From: Gemmatimonadota bacterium
GTDB lineage: Bacteria; Gemmatimonadota; Gemmatimonadetes; Palauibacterales; Palauibacteraceae
Length of the DNA: 16,007 nucleotides
Direction of reading: 5' to 3'
NCBI GenBank assembly: GCA_039587395.1
Contig: JBDHIQ010000090.1
Span: forward strand, 1 to 16,007
Shown here: piece after piece, positions 14,287 through 16,007 of the stretch
Numbering within the stretch: position 1 is the first letter of the stretch
Layout of the letters: each line of letters starts with the position of its first letter
The notes under the pieces: generated by a model
Database searches by the model: none
What the model was told of the DNA's origin: nothing
The model's input: the letters and a program-made list of their open reading frames with translations, nothing else
Translations under genes and position numbers: made by a program

Positions 14287-15140
14287 AGATCCGGGAGCCG
14301 GCCGTTGCGGGGCTGTTCTATCCGGCGGATCCGGATGAGCTGCGGGAGATGCTCTCGGCCCTGCTGGCCGCCGAGTCGTCGCGGGCGCCAGCGCGCACGG
14401 GGACTGCGTCCCTCAGGCGCCGGACTGTGCGGAAGGCCGTGATTGCCCCTCACGCCGGGTACGTCTACTCCGGTCCGGTCGCAGCCAGCGCCTACCGCTG
14501 GTTGGCCGGGATGGACCGGCGCCTGGCCTCGGGCGGGGACGACCGCATCGCCTCCGGGGTGATCCTCATCGGACCCTCCCACCGGGTCGCGTTCCGGGGG
14601 CTCGCGCTCCCCGGAGCGGATGTGTTCGATACGCCGCTGGGCCGCGTGTCCGTGGACCGGGAAGCGTGCGATGCGCTCCTCGAGCTCCCGTTCGTGCACC
14701 AGCGAGACGACGCACACGCGGACGAGCACTCCCTGGAAGTCCACGTCCCCTTCCTACTGACTGTCTTCTCCGGGATCCGGATGGTCCCGATCGTCATCGG
14801 GGCGGCCGATGATGATGAGGTCGCGGAAGCGCTCCGCCTGCTGTGGGGCGGACCGGAGACGGTGATCGTCGCGAGCTCCGATCTCAGCCACTTCCTCCCG
14901 TACGCCGCCGCACAGCGCGCGGATCAGGCCACCGCCCGGGCCATCGAGGAACTGCGGAGCGAGGCGGTGGGCTACAAGCAGGCCTGTGGATCTGCCGGGA
15001 TTCAGGGGCTCCTCGCCCTGGCCAGGGAACGAGGCCTGGCAGTCAGCACGCTAGACCTGAGAAACTCGGGCGACACGGCCGGTCCCAGGGACCGGGTGGT
15101 CGGCTACGGCGCATTCGGGATCGAGGAACAGGTTTCTTAG
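14283..15140 (+). CDS. amrB: AmmeMemoRadiSam system protein B (Memo1-like, AmrB)
   Basis: Start ATG 14283 overlaps the amrS stop (ATGA). MKIREPAVAGLFYPADPDELREML and VIAPHAGYVYSGPVAASAY are characteristic Memo-family motifs. The ORF-track upstream extension from 14106 is probably non-coding overlap with amrS. Confidence 0.85.
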   Translation: MKIREPAVAGLFYPADPDELREMLSALLAAESSRAPARTGTASLRRRTVRKAVIAPHAGYVYSGPVAASAYRWLAGMDRRLASGGDDRIASGVILIGPSHRVAFRGLALPGADVFDTPLGRVSVDREACDALLELPFVHQRDDAHADEHSLEVHVPFLLTVFSGIRMVPIVIGAADDDEVAEALRLLWGGPETVIVASSDLSHFLPYAAAQRADQATARAIEELRSEAVGYKQACGSAGIQGLLALARERGLAVSTLDLRNSGDTAGPRDRVVGYGAFGIEEQVS

Positions 15141-15145
15141 AGGCT

Positions 15146-15157
15146 GTCAGGCCTGAC
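15146..15157. terminator. 12-bp perfect palindrome GTCAGGCCTGAC between convergent amrB (stop 15140) and DUF4440 copy 2 (stop 15162); possible bidirectional terminator hairpin
   Basis: Seen directly. No U-tract. Confidence 0.2.
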
Positions 15158-15161
15158 CCCT

Positions 15162-15608
15162 TCACTCTTCGCAGTTACACGGCGGGCACCCCTTGTCGAA
15201 CACGACCCTCCAGCGGCCATCGGCCTCCAGCCGCCACGTGGAGGTGAAGGTGCCCACCCTCTGCCCTTCCGGGTCGAATACCGGACCGCTGCTGAGCCCC
15301 AGGGTGCCGGACTCCAGCACCTCCACGTGCTCCGGCGCCCACGAGAACGGGGCCGCTTCCCCCTCGAAGAATGGACTCCAGCCTGCCTTCACGGCGTCCG
15401 CGCCCCGCAGCACCTGGCCGCCAAAGAACACCGCCTCTTCCGACACGAATGAGGCGAAGGCGTCCAGGTCGCGGTCGGCCATCGTCTGCGCAAACGCCGT
15501 CTCGGCAGACCGGACCTGTTCCGCCAGCTCCTCGGCCGTCTGGGACTGCGCCGGTCGGGGGAGCATGGCGGATGCGATCACCAACACACCAAAACACGCC
15601 AATTTCAT
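15162..15608 (-). CDS. Secreted DUF4440/SnoaL-like (NTF2-fold) protein, paralog copy 2, with C-terminal CPPCNC cysteine cluster
   Basis: Start Met at 15606-15608 (MKLACFGVLVIASAMLPRPAQSQ). It is about 75-80% identical at amino-acid level to copy 1 (VRSAETAFAQTMADRDLDAF...AVFFGG...AGWSPFFEGEAAPFSW...RVGTFTSTWRLEADGRWRVVFDKGCPPCNCEE). Nucleotide-level similarity is also evident. Confidence 0.75.
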   Translation of the reverse strand: MKLACFGVLVIASAMLPRPAQSQTAEELAEQVRSAETAFAQTMADRDLDAFASFVSEEAVFFGGQVLRGADAVKAGWSPFFEGEAAPFSWAPEHVEVLESGTLGLSSGPVFDPEGQRVGTFTSTWRLEADGRWRVVFDKGCPPCNCEE

Positions 15609-15800
15609 TCTCTCTACCGTCCCCTTCTGTGCCGTTTGCCGCCGTCTCGGTCGCGACGGGGTTGCGGCTGGCACTAACCGGTCTTTGCTGCGATCAACTC
15701 CACGGGAGCCACTCTGCCCTGAGAGATGTTCTCGATCATGTTCTGGACCTTCGTTGACGCGTTCTTTCCCATCAGGAGGTGCAATCCCAGTGGAGGCGGA

Positions 15801-16007
15801 CAGGCGCTCGAAGAACCCCAGGGCAAAATCACGTCGATTGCGCTCGTTCACCAACTCGAATCCTGCGCTGACCAGCGCGCTCTTGTAGTCGCCAGGCGCT
15901 GCCACCGAGCTTGTTTCAGGAACGGTGGCCCATGGCACGGGAAACAGGAGATCCTCGCTACCCACGCGCATGACATCATAGATGCCGAAGACACCGCCGG
16001 GCTTGAG
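15801..16007 (-). CDS. C-terminal part of a class I SAM-dependent methyltransferase-like protein (3'-partial in window; gene continues beyond 16007)
   Basis: Minus-strand translation from the window edge reads LKPGGVFGIYDVMRVGSEDLLFPVPWATVPETSSVAAPGDYKSALVSAGFELVNERNRRDFALGFFERL. The LKPGG motif and C-terminal region are typical of Methyltransf_11/25-like enzymes. The 3' boundary is uncertain because no stop codon separates it from DUF4440 copy 2 in this frame. Confidence 0.4.

Noticed and set aside
3527-15608. The two DUF4440 paralogs as terminal direct repeats of a mobile or composite element
   Set aside because: The repeats are whole diverged genes (about 75-80% aa identity), not near-identical IS ends. 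There is no transposase, integrase or target-site duplication, and the content between them is ordinary housekeeping and metabolic genes.
1-16007. CRISPR arrays, rRNA or tRNA genes, integrase or transposase genes, toxin-antitoxin or known defence-system genes
   Set aside because: None of the ORFs shows corresponding motifs. No short regularly spaced repeats were seen on either strand.

Overview
This is a high-GC (about 65-70%) bacterial chromosomal segment with densely packed genes, several overlapping by 4 nt (ATGA). An ADOP-type duplicated FtsX permease suggests an Acidobacteriota- or Gemmatimonadota-like host; this is inference only. I see no rRNA, tRNA, CRISPR array or obvious mobile element. 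Gene content from 5' to 3', with strand in brackets where informative:
- a 5'-truncated cupredoxin-like tandem-domain protein;
- a secreted His-rich helical-repeat protein, translationally coupled to a cyclase / kynurenine-formamidase-like protein;
- a secreted DUF4440/SnoaL-like NTF2-fold protein (minus), copy 1;
- a GntR(YtrA-like) regulator and a multi-TM SPFH/band-7 protein as an operon (minus), divergent from a two-subunit molybdenum hydroxylase operon: (2Fe-2S) subunit plus Tat-signal molybdopterin subunit, IorAB-like;
- an ADOP permease (minus) interrupted by a frameshift;
- an operon (minus) of an NHL/SGL-type beta-propeller lipoprotein plus a thioredoxin-fold AhpC/TSA-Redoxin lipoprotein;
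- the AmmeMemoRadiSam radical SAM enzyme (AmrS) and Memo-like partner (AmrB), with no AMMECR1 (AmrA) gene in the window;
- a second paralogous DUF4440/SnoaL-like secreted protein (minus), copy 2;
- a partial SAM-methyltransferase-like C-terminus at the window edge.
The Redoxin gene is split in the ORF track by an in-frame TGA that sits exactly at the first Cys of the canonical W-C-P-Y-C active site. A GC-rich hairpin lies 14 nt downstream of that TGA. I interpret this as a selenocysteine-containing (UxxC) redoxin.
Other points worth a second look:
- the two paralogous secreted NTF2-like proteins end in a conserved C-terminal CPPC(D/N)C cysteine cluster;
- a CTAG-rich perfect palindrome sits in the AT-rich divergent promoter region of the GntR gene;
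- the region upstream of amrS is unusually long, at about 470 nt.
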